Assembly (NCBI RefSeq): GCF_000315625.1
Contig: NW_005434579.1
Location: 92,913 to 156,912, forward strand
Source of the DNA: Guillardia theta CCMP2712
Taxonomy: Eukaryota; Protista; Cryptophyta
DNA length: 64,000 bases
Direction of reading: 5' to 3'
Shown in pieces: positions 44,116 to 57,753 of this stretch; the stretch's first letter is position 1; each line of letters opens with the position of its first letter. The notes under the pieces were generated by a model that ran no database searches, was not told where the DNA came from, and saw nothing but the letters and a program-made list of their open reading frames with translations. Made by a program: the position numbers and the translations under genes.

Positions 44116-44567
44116 TGATGGTGTGACGCTGAAAATGAATGAACAAGAAAGACTGCAATAGCTAGAAAAGGTAATGTTGATTGGGGAGCAGGAGCAGATG
44201 GATTCGGAGGAGGAGCAGAATCGACTCTGAAAGGAAGAGACAGAGAGGCAGAAAGGATGATCTTGATTGGATTCTTCCGATTATCATGTCTATGATCTCA
44301 AATGCTTTGAAACAAGGTTAGATAATCATCAGAATGGTCGTTCAGACGAATCTTGATGGTGATTCCGGTTACAAGAGGGAGAATGTTGAAACGCAACTGG
44401 AAGACGATGTTGTCAGACTGAGGGTGAAGGACGAGAAAAAATATGGCCAGGGAGGGTGTGGAGGTGGTGAAGAACAGTTTCCCTTCCCTGTTCCCCGTTA
44501 TCCTCTGATACTGTGAATCAGCAACATTGGATATCTTGGCATCATCTCGGATTTTTAGGACTTCTCA

Positions 44568-46341
44568 ATGTTTTCGTCCGCATCAACCACGGGGAAGGAG
44601 AATGCAACAACCAACATAACCCCCTCACTGCGATCAGGTCAGAACTCCACGTTTCTCCTCCCCTTATCCCCACCCGCCCTTCGTCGCCCCTTAGCTCCAC
44701 CTCCTCCCTCCCCTCCTCTCACTCCTCATCAGGTCCCGTTCGCAAGCCCATCTTGAGCCCTGCATCATCGGAAACTCCAGGAGCCACCAGTGAGTTCGTG
44801 ACCCAGTCCGCACGCGTGACTGAAAGTTTGTCAGCAAAATCAGCAGCGATCCGCGTGCCCCTCACGCCCACCACCAGCAACGTGACTGGCGGCTCCTCGG
44901 CCCACGCCAAACAAGTTGAAACCCCGAGGTTCGACATGAGAAGGAGAGGGGAGGGAAGGAGGAGGGACAGGGGAGGGGAGAGTAAGGGAGGTCAAGAGAG
45001 CGATTGATATGCATGATGCAGCAAGGCTTGTGCTCAGCCGGCAGAGACTCCCGTGGAGTCGGAGCATGCGGCAGCCGCAGCTGAAGTGAAAGCCTCTCAG
45101 CAGCTCGTGAACCCTGAGACGAAGAAGAGCTGGCAACTAGCTGATTTTGACATCGGCAAGGTAAAGTGCTCTCCCTCCCTAACGCCCCCTCGCACTCCTT
45201 GCTTCATCCCCCCCCCCCCCACCTGCCCCTCTCCTTCCATCATCTGCTGATCTCGTTCTTCTACAGCCTCTTGGGCGCGGAAAGTTTGGAAACGTGTACC
45301 TTGCCAGGGAGAAACGGACTAACTACCTGGTCGCGCTCAAGGTTCTCTTCAAAGCTCAGGTTCCCCTCTGCTTTCCTCTCACCTTCTCCTGATTTGCCTC
45401 ATCCCAAACAGCTCTCCAAGGCCAAGGTAGAGCACCAGCTCAGGAGAGAGATCGAGATTCAGTCCCACCTGAGGCACAACAACATCCTGCGGCTCTACGG
45501 CTACTTTTACGACCAGAGCCGCGTCTACCTCATCCTTGAGTACGCCTCCAAGGGTGAAGTCTACAAGGAGCTACAGAAGTCCAAGGTCTTCCCGGAGGAC
45601 CGCGCTGCGTACTACATCGGATGTCTTGCTGGTGCGAGAGGAGGAGGAGGAGGAGGAGGAGGGTTTGACTAGGTGTTCTGCAGGAGCTCTGGCGTACTGC
45701 CACAAGAAGAATGTGATTCACCGCGATATCAAGCCGGAGAATCTTCTCATCGACAGCAAAGTGAGAGGAGGAGGAGGAGGAGGAGGAGGAGAGTTGTGAC
45801 TGGCGCTGCCGCAGGGGGAGGTCAAGATCGCGGACTTCGGCTGGTCCGTCCATGCTCCCATCTCCAAGCGCCACACGCTGTGCGGTACCTTGGACTATCT
45901 CCCACCAGAGATGGTGGAGGGTCAGGCGCATGACAAGGCGGTGGACATCTGGTCGCTCGGAGTTCTGTGCTACGAGTTCCTGGTCGGGAGCCCTCCCTTC
46001 GAGTCGCAAGGCCACAGCGAGACATACAAGAGGATCGCCAAGGTGGACCTCAAGTATCCCTCCACGGTGAGTGAGGAGGAGGAGGAGCAGGGAGTGACGG
46101 AGGATCAGCTGTCGGAGGACGCGAGGGACCTAATCTCCAAGCTGCTCGTCAAGGAGCCAGACCAGAGACTGAGCCTCGACAAGGTTCTAGAGCACCCCTT
46201 CATCCTCAAGGGCCAGGAGTACAAGAAGACCCTCGAGGTAGGCGGGCTCTACCCCCAGCGACCCTCCAGCTGAGTTGACTTACACAGGTCAACCCGACTC
46301 GACGAGAGTCGTGCCTGAGCTCGGCGGTGGCCAAGAGTTAA
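44568..46341 (+). CDS. AURK: Aurora kinase
   Basis: N-terminal KEN box (TTGKEN); [10 protein letters not shown]|[15 protein letters not shown]; [16 protein letters not shown]; [10 protein letters not shown]; [30 protein letters not shown]. Confidence 0.97.
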
Positions 46342-46478
46342 GTCCAGCCGTTCCAGTGTAACGCCCCTGACCAAGAAGCAGAAACTGCTTTGATGCAAGT
46401 TTTTTCCCTCCCTGTTCATATATTCTTTCACAGTAGTTATAAACCCTCATATACATTTACACGCCGCCCCCTCCCATG

Positions 46479-47934
46479 TCATCCTTGCATCACTTTCCCT
46501 GAATCCCCATCGATGGTGAGGTACTGCCACTTGCTGGAGGGTCGATGAACCTTCACCACCCTCCTCAGCTTCACCAGCTTGCTCTTGCTGCTGTACATTG
46601 TCGCAGGCAGGCTCGACTGCCCCCCCACGTCATAGTGAATGTCTCCTTGCTGCCAGCCATCATCGTTGGGGATGTCAATCACCTCGTCTCCTAGCACTGT
46701 GCGGTTCTGGCTGGCAGTGCAAGGGCCCTGTGCGCTGTGACATCCGTTGCCATGCACCTGAGCAGTGAGGAGCTTCTGCGAGTTCTTCACGTAGTGGACC
46801 ATCCTGTCATGAAATCAACTGAAGGAGCAGCAAAGTGCCAGTGACGTTGAAACGTCTCTGAGGAGGAGGAGAGGAGGGAAGTGGGGAGAGAGAGAGGTGG
46901 ACGAGGAACTAGAGGAAGCAAGGGGGGGAGTGGGGGGGTGGGGGGCGGAGAAGAGGATGGGGAAGAGGAGTGGAAGGTTGGGCTTTACTTGTCCAGTCCG
47001 TCAGCCTGGCTGGACATGTCGGTGAAGTAATCATAGACGTAATTTCTGGGCTGTACAGTACGTGAGCAAGAGAGAGGGAGGGAGGGACGGAGGGAGGGAG
47101 GAAGGGAGGGAGGGAGACAGGGAGGGATGGAGACAGGGAGGGATGGAGACAGGGAGGGATGGAGACAGGGAGGGAGGGAGACAGGGAGGGAGGGAGGGAG
47201 GGAGAGAGCAAGAGCTGTAAGACCTGAGTAAGAACTTGATGCCAGCCTGCATCTGAGAACTTGTAGATACCCTTCTGCGACTGCTCGACGAGAATCAAAG
47301 GAGATCAGAAGAGGCAAAGGAATGGCAGCAAACAATCCACCATGTGTGATCGTCTACATCCCGGAGTGTCTTCGGGACAAGCCTCCCTAAGTGTAGTGGC
47401 TAGCCCAACGTTGTGGTGCGCACTAGAACGAAGGTCAGATGGAATGGAGAGCTTGTCGAAGCATCTACATGTGTTGTTTGCTTCTCAATGCTGCTGTCCA
47501 CAAGTTCTCTTTCAAAACAGACCTCCTGCAACATCAGATCGTCAGGAGACTGCATGTCAATGATACAAGACTCGTCTCTTCACCTCGTTGAAGAGCAGGT
47601 TATCAGGACAAGCAAACCCACGCTTGCAAGAGCAGCTGCCCAGAACATCTGCAGCAAGAACATCAGAAGACAAGTCAAGTAAGGAAGTTTGGGTTGATCA
47701 ACCCCAAGGCAAATCTTATCACTCCATCCCACTCCTTGCTGCCTCTCCCGACGCTCGTGGCCTTCCTCTCTTCTCTCTTGTATCCCATACCTCTCCCCTC
47801 TTCCCCCCTCTTCCCGTCACTCCCTCCCTCCCACGTTGTCTCCTATATCCTTGCATGCTCTCCTCCTGCGGTCCCTCCTCGCCCCCCCATCCTCTCGTCA
47901 CCTGCCGTCGCTGGACCAGCATCGATCCTGCCAT
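46479..47934 (-). CDS. Hypothetical protein with an N-terminal hydrophobic segment, multi-exon
   Basis: Hydrophobic MFWAAALASVGLLVLITC near 47650. Exon-like blocks GIYKFSDAGWHQ and PRNYVYDYFTD. Last exon 46802-46479. Confidence 0.55.
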
Positions 47935-47959
47935 GCTCGAAGGGGCACCAACAACTGCA

Positions 47960-48335
47960 ATCGCGACCGGGCCGAGTCACCGGGGCCGGGCCCCGGCGAT
48001 CATCGGATCGGCCCGGCGCCGGCCCGGTCCGGGCCCCTGGCGGCGGCTCTCCTGGCCCGGAGGCTCAGTGCTTCACTGAACACCCTGTGAACACGCCGGG
48101 CTCTCAGTCGGATGCCGGGACTTCGATAGTCAAAAACATGTGACAGTGTGACAAGGCTGAAGTCCAACAGGATCAGTACCCGGCCCGCGGCGGCCGGGCG
48201 CGGCGGGGACTCACTGCGTTCGTTCCGAGGCTGACCCGACCGTTGAAGCTTGAGGCGGACTCGTTCGGACTACGGAGGAAGGAGTAATGAGTAAAATTTA
48301 GTCCCTCCGACTCTACAAACCCGGCCGGGACCTAA
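47960..48335. repeat. GC-rich palindromic-word island 5
   Basis: ccgggccgagtcaccggggccgggccccggcgatcatcggatcggcccggcgccggcccgg. Confidence 0.75.
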
Positions 48336-48699
48336 ACTTACTAAGTTATAATGAGCGACTCGATGATGAGATGATAGTGTACGGTAGTAGTGCTACTCAC
48401 TTGTTGTTCACTTGAATGGTTGGCAGTGTTGTTGTTGTAGTAGTAGTTCAGGTTGATCACTGATCGGATCTCAGTCTTCCGATGACCGTCCGCAATCAGC
48501 ATGGCGATTGAATCATTGCCACTGACTATCATCATGATGATGTTGAATATCAGTGTCTCGGTCACTGACGAGTGAGTGATCGGGAGACGACCCTGAAACA
48601 GAACATGTGCTGGTGCTTATGATGACGATGAATGCGAGGATGAGGATTAAGATCTCAGATGCAAGCTTTAATTACTTGTGCATGCGATGAACTTCGGAA

Positions 48700-51600
48700 A
48701 ATTCAGATCGCAGGCTCATGGTCGTTGAGTGTTGCTGCTGTCGAATTCCTTTCGCCTTCAAGCTGAATGTGCTGTTCGCAGCAGTGAACTAGAGGATGGA
48801 AAGAGGAACGAGGACGCGTGCATGAGTCAACGACAAGTCAGAGCTCTTCAGAGTTGCTGACATGCAGGCACAAAGGTCACGACAAGCTGACAAAGACAGC
48901 AAAGACAACACAGGTGAAAGAGAGCACGAGCAGTCGAATCAAAGTCTATCCCATTTATTTGTGCATCCCCTGATTCCCCATGCCCATCACTCAGCCATGG
49001 CTCTTATTCTTCTTCAGATGCCATCATTACCCTTCTTCACGACTCGGCTCTCAACTACGAGTGGAAGCATGGTCAATATTGCAGTACCGACTGGCACGTC
49101 GTTGACTTTGCAGCAGGACCAAGATCAGTCCTCAACAAGTCCCACTCGCTCAAGCATGTCTCGCACTACGTTGAGAACCCTTCCCTCGTCACCTTCTCCT
49201 TGAATCGGTAAGCAAACAATCAGAAAGCCTATAGCAGATGCTGAACATTTGTAGGGTACATGAGGAAATTGCGACTCGGGAGAGGAGGAGGAGGAGGATA
49301 GAGAAACTTGCGCCCCATTGTCTCTTCTTCGTGTTCTACATGGCAGCGCTGAGCTTGGAGATGAACACGACCAGAGGTGCAGCCATGCACGCGACGGTTT
49401 CATACCTTTGACAAGTGCAGGTGAGATGGCAACTAGGGCGATCAGAGAGAGTCTGGTGGAGAGAAGCTTGTTTTCCAGCTCGCCCTCCCCGAGCTCGAAC
49501 AGCAGCTGCCGGGACAACCTCGGTCACCTAGCTCCTGACGGATGTGATGTCCCGCTAGCCACCAACATGAGGTGAAGGTCGAGGAGCAGAAGCTGTAAAC
49601 TCACTACCTGTTAGTTTCCTCGACGTCTCAGACCTTGACAAGTACTGGAGCTGGGCTCGCATGTTCGTATCCTCTTCCTTCTACAAGAACTACTGGTCAA
49701 ACGGACAAGCGATGAGCGCGACTGATCAGAACACGTGGTTCTTCCATGTGAAGCCTATTAACGGTCTTGCTTCTCACTTGAACTCATCTACACCTTGTAA
49801 CATCTTGCTCTTGTCCAGGTATGACTATGGTCCAGAAACGTGTGGCGTCTGGATATGATACAAGGAATGATGTCGGGGGCACGTGTTGGAAGGCAAACGG
49901 CGGGAGCTTGAGATCATTCGCGCCAGTGTGTTACGACTCTTTGAAGTTCTGTCTTGACCGGGAGTGTGTCTATGGAAGAGAAGACAAGTAGCATGTCTTC
50001 ACGGGGATGCAACTTGTGATGGTGACGCAGGTCTTCTTTTGGTCCTCCGTCGAGTCCCAGCAAGGTGACCAGCAGGTTCTCTCCTCTTCCTTGACCCCCC
50101 TGCTAGTTCGTGTACGAGGAGCGAAGCCCTGGCGTCATGAAGAACTTCCCCTCTCTTGGGGGATTTTGGCAGCAGCTGCCAGCAACGAGCAGGCAAGCGA
50201 GCTGGTAGTGTTCTGCTGCTGCTGCTGCTGAGGCTTGAGGTAGCAGCGGACAGGCTGTAGAGCAGGTGGATGTGCTGAGAGGAGATCGCTGGCTGCAGAG
50301 AAGCTCGCAGTGGCTGAGGCAGGACGTGACTTATATGATCCCTGCCGAAGGGCTGTACGTCGTTGGCAGGTATGACGATAATGGTGACGAGGATGACGAT
50401 GGAGGTCAGAGGGATAGTGATGATGGGTTACGATGATTGAGTCCATGATCTAGAAGATATGGGTACGATCACAGTCTCTGAAACCTTGTTTCAGTCTCCA
50501 GGTGTACTTGTACAACACGGGGCACGTAAAACCTTTGTTCTTATCAAGTGCTTCAGCGGTAAATCTCGTCTGCGATAGGAAGACGATGAAGATGAGAGGG
50601 CAGGTGGAGACGTACAACTTCAACTTCTCTTCTCGCATCGGAATGCTCATCCTCGAGATCTTGACGGTCTTGACTTGGTTGCTCAATATTGCTCAGAGTT
50701 GGCGAGTGCTGGTCGCGTACAGTAAAGTGAGAGGCAACCAGTCGAAGATGCGATTTGACTCGTCCGTTGCAGAAACATCCCGACAAGACGAGGCATGAAG
50801 CTTTCATCAAGTATTACGGGAGCTCTCTACAACAGCTGATATCAGATGTTCATCTCCTTGCCTTCATCGCTGTTGTCGTCATGCGCATTTTGATCGCCGT
50901 CGACCCGTACGCCAGCCACGAATCAGTCAGTGCCAACAGCATCACGTGGGGGAGTCAAGCGCTGCTGTTAGCGCAGACACGACGTTTGATCGACGCTTAC
51001 AAGCTCTTGAGCGCTATCTACCTGCTGGTCTTGATGGTGAAGATTATCTTCTTCGCTTCCTTTGATGCCAGGAAAGTGACGGAGTCAGGCTTTGCTGTCA
51101 GTTGACGTGCATGCAGGTTGTACGTTCCCTACATCTTCTCTCACTTAAGGACTCCTATGCTCAACTTCGCTCTGGTTTTCTTCATCTTTCTCGCGTCTTT
51201 TGCCGTCCAGGTGAGGAGGAGGGAGCAACAGCTTTGGATGACTTGTGGTGGCAGGCGACGCTTCTTTTCGGAGACCAGCTCTTGTCCTTCTCGGATTGGG
51301 GTAAGAGGATAAGCTACGTGATAGCAACTGACAAGTCTCGTTCAGGCTCATCTTTCCTCTCCATGCTCCAAGTGCTCGTCAATGGGCTGTATGGGAACCG
51401 ATCGAAACAAGCTGCTGACCTCGACCGGGTCTTTGACGTTTCTCCGAACGTGGCTTGGCTGTGGTATTACTCCTTCTGGCTCGCTGTGATGTTTCTAGTC
51501 GGCAACATGGCTGTCTCTGTCATGGGTTGTGTACACGAGAGGATACAGCAGCTGCAGATGACGGCCGGTACCCGACACTCCTTGTGCCCGACTGAGAGGT

Positions 51601-52198
51601 TGCGCTTGCAAGGCAGCGCCGAGCCAGACCAGCTGGACTCTGACGACTCATGGATCAACGTCTTCAAGGAAAGTCTCCGGCACAAACACAAAGACGCCGA
51701 CAGAGCACTGCAAGACCTGGAGGCGATGTTCGTCGACATGGTGTGTGATTGTGAGGTGTTGTGAGGGTTTGCAAGGTGATCGAGCTTGATAGGACTGCTC
51801 TGATGTTGACGATGTTCAATCTACTCTGAACAACCTGGTAGAGTGATCGTATCTGACCCACAACCAAGTGATAGCCTCTCAGGGGAAACAGTACAACCAG
51901 GAGTTGGTTACAGCAGCTCTTCGCACCTACCCTAGTGCAGTTAACGACTCCAACGACGTCCTGAGTGTCTTCGAGGTCATAGAGCGACGTCCGCGGATGC
52001 TGGCTGAACTGCTGGCAGGAGAGAAAGTTCTTTGAGGCCTCCCAACGGCTTCACCTCAAGAGTTTGAACGAGACTGCAGAAGAGATCATCTCGAGTCAGG
52101 TAGACCCTCATGTGGTTCCTTCAGACGTTACTCTGACTGTTTGCTAGGCAAGGTTCAACCACAAGGTGGACAAGCTGACGAGGTGGCTGGAGATGTAA
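48700..52198 (+). CDS. Polycystin/PKD2 (TRPP)-like cation channel, divergent
   Basis: Multiple TM helices (LILEILTVLTWLLNIA; LSAIYLLVLMVKIIFFASFD; MLNFALVFFIFLASFA). Pore-like LLFGDQLLSFSDWG.SFLSMLQVL. S6 WYYSFWLAVMFLVGNMAVSVM. Start uncertain. Confidence 0.7.
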
Positions 52199-52255
52199 GA
52201 AGAGATTATAATTCATTCATTTACAAACATACATGTATGTTACATACGATCTTTA

Positions 52256-55200
52256 TCACGAGCTTCCCTGACTGTAGAGCTTCTGAAAGACGTTTGAGAG
52301 CTGCCGACGAGGGTCAGCAGGCTGGCTGTGCAGGAGGAGGAGACCTGCGCTATCTTGGACGCGTGCTCTCCTTTCATCTTGTCCATCTCACTGAGCAACA
52401 CCCTCATTTCCTCCTCCGTGTCTCGAACCTGGCGAGCGTCACCTCCACCCTCTTCCTCCTCCCTCCCCACCTTGCGACCAGCAGCCTCCTCAGCTTGTCG
52501 CAGCCTCTCGCACTCATCCAGCACCTGAGCATCAGTCTCACGAGGAGAAAGAGACAAGGAGCTCTGTCGACCTGCGAGAGCTTCTTGCTCTTGAGCCGCA
52601 GCTGCGAGCAAACGTCAAGTTGAACCTTGTCAAGAGTCCCAGTCACCTGCTCCTCTGTCTCCTCGAGGAGGGTTGACATCTCCCTGAACCTGCTCTCTCG
52701 CCTGACGGAGATCGATCACCAAGACAACAAGGTTGAGGCTGCGAAGTACCTCGACGCTTTCTCATGCTCAATCTCCATTTCCTTGCGAAGATCCTGCCAT
52801 GGCATCAGTTCTGTCCGCAGGATGAGAGCAAGACAAACCTCAACACGCGATTGAAGCTCCTTGTTCTCCTTGTTCAACTTCGACTCCGTGTGCTACACAG
52901 CCATCAGGTCGGGTGCTCAGGGAGGAGAGAGAGAGAGTATCGACCTTAAAGTGGTGCTTCAAAGACTCTATCTCCTCTTCGACATACTTCAGCATCTGAC
53001 CCCCATCATGGCTCAGTCGCAAGTCTGTTATTGACAGAGACAGCAGTACAGAGTCTTTCTCTTTCAGTTCCGCCTCGGCCTCATCCAGAGCCTGCAAGGC
53101 GATCAGCAAGTGCTCTCATGCACGAAGACTCCAACTGACATCCTGCTGCTTCGAGCAGGTGGACCGGAGCTCAACAACCAACGAGTCCAGCTCTGCTATG
53201 AGCTCTTCCTTGGCCTCCAGACGCCCTTTGAGGTGCCCAACCTGCATGACGTGCTCAGTTTGTCTACAGCATTCCACCCGCTAGACCTCTCGCATCTCTT
53301 CCTGGAGGAGTGCATCGTAGCGCTGATGCGAATCTTTACAATATGCATACAATCAAGAAGAACGAGGCAGAACCTGAGCATCCTTCTGAATTCCTTGAAG
53401 TTCAGACGACTGATAGTAGATTCACCGTCACCCGCAAAGGAAATCGGTCGGAATGAAAGTACCTGATGCTTCAGTTTGTCTAACGTGTCTTGCTGATCTT
53501 GGAGGATCTTGTCTTTTATCCTTATTGTGTCTCTCAATCCTTCGTTCTCTCTCTGAAGAACATCCTTGTCGTACTGTTAAGGGATCAGCATTCAAGTAAG
53601 ACCATCCTAGCATCCCTGCCTTCAGATGTTCAATCACAGACTGAGGATGGTTCGAATCCGTTGAGGTGTTGACGTCTGAATCCTTTCGCAACATCTTGTC
53701 GCCTTCAAGCTCGTCGAGTCTTGCCCTCAACTCTTCAGCAATGTATCTCTCTTCCTGCACACATAGAATCACGCTTCATATCTCCACGAGTCAAGATCTT
53801 ACTTTCAGATCCTCTTCAAGCTGCTTGTTCATCTCTTGCAAGCCCAGCAGGTCCTTTTGACGTTTTTGCAGATGTTCGAGTTCGACGAGCGCCTCCTGCA
53901 ATCGCCTTAGTGGCCCTCAGGTCCAAGTCAAGCTGGGACCTGCAGTCCACTGCGAAGCTCCTTCTCAACTTGTTGCGCTTCTTTCGATGACTGCAACAGC
54001 TGATAGACAAGCATCAGACATGTCGATGTCAACAAGTCAGCACTACCTTGGCTCGCTGCTCTTTCACCACGTTGGTAAGCTCAGCTACAACTCGCGCCGC
54101 GTGAACTTCTCGAGCCTCTGCAGCTCGCCATTGCCTCTTGTTCTCGACTACCTGAAGGATGCCAAGTCACAGGTCACACGCGGACAAAGGACACGCTTAC
54201 CTCGCGGCATGACTGCTCCAGCGCGTCTCTCATCTCCTGCAACTGAGTCTGCAGGCTCTCATGCGACGCTCTGATGCAGTTGGACTTGTTGGCCTGGGGC
54301 GCCAGATGTCAGCGACTATCTCATCAACACCGTCATGGCTGATTTCACCTCGTCAATCTTCGCTTTGAGCTCTGTAATCTGCTGTTGCGATGAGAAACAC
54401 GGACGAATTTCAAATCTAATCCTTCGCACCTTTTGCTCATAACCAAGGTTCTTTTCTTCTGCTTGTCTCAGACTTTCTTTCTTCGAGTTCAACTTTGCCT
54501 GGAGTTGGCCAATCTCCTCTTTCTGGAAGCAGCACAAAATAAGTACAAGGCAGCCCATAAGGTGATGAGAGAAGGGATCGGGTAGTATCCCAAAACAAAC
54601 TTTATCCGACTACTCACTTGTGATACAAACAATTTTTCAGTCTCGCTCTGCTTCTGGATAGCCGAATCCTTCTGATGAATTAGCGATTCTACATTTTGCT
54701 TGTAATCCAAGAGTTCCTGGAAACAACCACTGTTTCATCTCGTAGTAAGCAAGAGGAATGGCTCTCAACCTTTGAGATCTTGTTCAGCTCCTGCTCAGCT
54801 TCCATAGCTTTCAGCTCACTCATCTCCCGGATCTGCAGTCAAACGGTCAAACGAGATAACATTCCACCTGCTTGCAGCAGAACCTTTCTCAGATTCCCGT
54901 TCTCATCTTGCAGCTTGAGGATATCGTATTTTGCAGCAAAGAGTTCTTCCTCCACCCTCGTTTTCGACGTCTGAGCATGATTTTCTCGTTCAACAGCTCC
55001 ATTCGTGACCTCCTGAGCTCTGAGCTATCAGCGACTGAGTACTGCTCGGTGACGACTCACCTTGGCCCACTTGAGCGATTGCTCCACTCGCTGCATCTCA
55101 TTGCGCAGACCCGTGATAACGGCCTCGTACTCCTTCTCGCGCGATGCTGAACGCGTCTGTGGACGGGTACTCAGAGACAAGTCGATGGTTTACAAACTTA

Positions 55201-57753
55201 CTTTCTCGAGTGCGAGCTCCTTGTCTTTGTCCACCAAGAGAGAGTCTGCCCTCTCAAGCCTCTCAATTTCAGCTTTCATTCCAGCCGCGATCTCATTCAG
55301 CCTCTTCACTTCTTTCTCGAGGTCAAGTCGCATTATCCTCTCCTTTTGGGCCTGTCAACAAGGTAAACGTTTAATTCTTCCAGCATCTTTCGTACCTCTT
55401 GAGTAACATCAGTCAAACTTGCAACCGTTTCTGACATCTTTGTACGAATTTCCTTCAGTTCTCCTGATGCCTGACTTGACGACATTTCAACATCTTTCAA
55501 AACCACGTTCAGCTCAGCGCTGATTTCCTGTCAACCATGTCAATGATGTCGAAATCCGGAGCGATTCCTATCACCTTGATCACGACTTGAGTATCTTCGA
55601 CATGCAATCGAGCCTGTCTCAGTTTGTTTGACATCGATTCATTCTCGACTTGTAGATGCTCGATTTGAGATCCTGCCAACACGGTCTGAGCAGCGTGACT
55701 TTTGATCTCTGGTTTCTTCGGTTGATGAGACTTGGTGTTTCTTGACTGATCGCGATCGCCCGTGCTGCCTTTGATCAGCTGTGCAATATTCTCCCTGCCC
55801 TCCTGATCATGTTTCTGACTACTCCCGTCATGAAGAGCAGCCTGGTCATGATCCACATTATCAACTCCTTCGTTCCCGTACTGCCGTCGATCTTGACCTC
55901 TCAGTGGCTGCGAGTCGTCAGGAAGAGTCGGTCACCACAACAAGACTTCTACCCGTTCGATCTGACCGGAGCCATCCTTCCAATCAGAGCCATCTCCCTT
56001 GCTAGGTCGAGTTGTGTCATTTCTGCCATCGCTCGTAAGGACAAGTGGTTGGTGGGTTTCATTTACGGCTCAGGAACGAACATTGCAAGCTGCGCCTCAA
56101 GACGTGCAAGTCTTGAAACCATACATCAGTTTTTATCGGATGATGGATGAAATACCTTAGTTCTTGCTCTAATGCTCCCCCAAAATCTTCAGAATAGTCT
56201 GCACTGTCATGGTTTCTCTGTAGGTTGGGAAACAAAGACATGGTTAGCACTTCGTTGGGTGTGTCAGATGGCGAACCTTCTTGGTTTCATGCAGGTCCGA
56301 AGATTTCTGTTTCCTAGACTTGAAAGCTTCGATGGCTTGGTCTATCCTCTGAGTGCTTGGATTCAACGGCGTCCGTCCCCTTTGCATTTCCTGTCTGCTA
56401 TGTCAATTTCAATTCGGTTCAATTGTTCATCACTTTTTCCATGTCATCTGTTGGCGGTTGCAGGTACTCATGTTTTGTTTCTCTGATCTCACCAAGTTCC
56501 CCCTGTTGAACATTTCAGGTGAAAGTTTTCAGAAGTGATGAAATCACCAGTAGCCTGGCGTGGGGAACATGATAGTGAACAGACACCTCGTGTCGACGCT
56601 CATTCAAGGCCGACCGCCGTGAGGTCGTGACTTTCGTCTCTTGCGGGAAAACCTCTTTCAATTGCTTTGTTGGAATGACGACCTTCCCATGAGCAGCGCT
56701 CGACAAATCACTTCTACTGGGTTTGCGCTGCATCATATGGCGAATGTCTGCCATTCGGCTGAGATGCGCAACCAGCGACTCTCCGTCTAGAAGCGCTATA
56801 GATTCTCCTAGAGTGGCAGCGATCACTGCAGGGTAAGCTGCATCACTACAGACGGGATTTGACAAGTGGCTCTGCTTCAAAGTGAGCTCCTTCAACATGA
56901 CACACGGTTTCAAATGTTTGATCTCTTCCAAGTCACTGATCCGGTTGTCGTACAGTTCCAGGATTTGAAGTTGATTGGTCTTCCCGTCGAAATCCTGAAA
57001 TCCAACCAGAGAGGATATCGAGTTGTATGCTAGGTGCAGCCTCTCGAGAGCTATCAACTTTCCGATTCCCTGCCATCCATTAAAAAAACTAGCCATGGCC
57101 ATGAAATCATCCACAATTCACCTGCACTGTCGTTATCTGATTACAAGACAGATCGAGAACTTTGAGGTTGATCAGGTCATCTGAAATTTGAGTCATTTTT
57201 GAGAAACGTTATGCACCCAAGTACCCAATCCTTCGATACTTTGGATCTCATTTGAAGACAATCTCAATTCCACCTGAGAAAGGCGTTAGACGAAAGAGTG
57301 CACGATTTTGATTCTTGCCAGATTCGGCAACATTTCCAAGGATTGTATGCGTTTGATGTTGTTGTAGTGAAGATTCAGTGAGCTGATGGCATTCCTGCAA
57401 AGAAATCAGTTGAGTCGCCACCTCAACGAATTCGAGGCAAAGCTGCCCATTACATGGAGAGATGAGATGGAAGTGGGAGGACTTGTTCGAAGGAAGTCAG
57501 ACTCCTGAAAGGAAAAGGAGCCATCCTCGTTTAGAAAACAATTGATGAGTGCAACATCAGATTTCCTCACCTTGATATCAGCGAAAGTTCTCCTCCGAAA
57601 CTATCGAGCGATGATGAAACAAGGCTCGAGTGAAGCTTGGGATTCACCTGGAGATCGATCTGTCACAACCTATTCCTAGCAAGGCCAGCGAGTTTTCTCC
57701 ACCTTTCTAGCCGATGGCTCGTCACCAAGAAACTTTGCGCTCGTTTGCGGCAT
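52256..57753 (-). CDS. LRRCC1: LRRCC1/VFL1-like centriolar protein (SDS22-type LRRs + long coiled coil)
   Basis: SLNLHYNNIKRIQSL, ELRLSSNEIQSIEG, VLDLSCNQITTVQG, RLHLAYNSISSL, LELYDNRISDL..NPVC (LRR cap). Coiled coil with DTIRIKDKILQDQQDT and EEEMRVLLSEM. Stop TGA at 52258-52256. Start approximate. Confidence 0.85.

Noticed and set aside
44568-57753. Aurora, PKD2-like and LRRCC1 as a ciliary/centrosomal gene cluster
   Set aside because: Mixed orientations and an unrelated gene between them. Such genes are common in flagellates, so adjacency is weak evidence.
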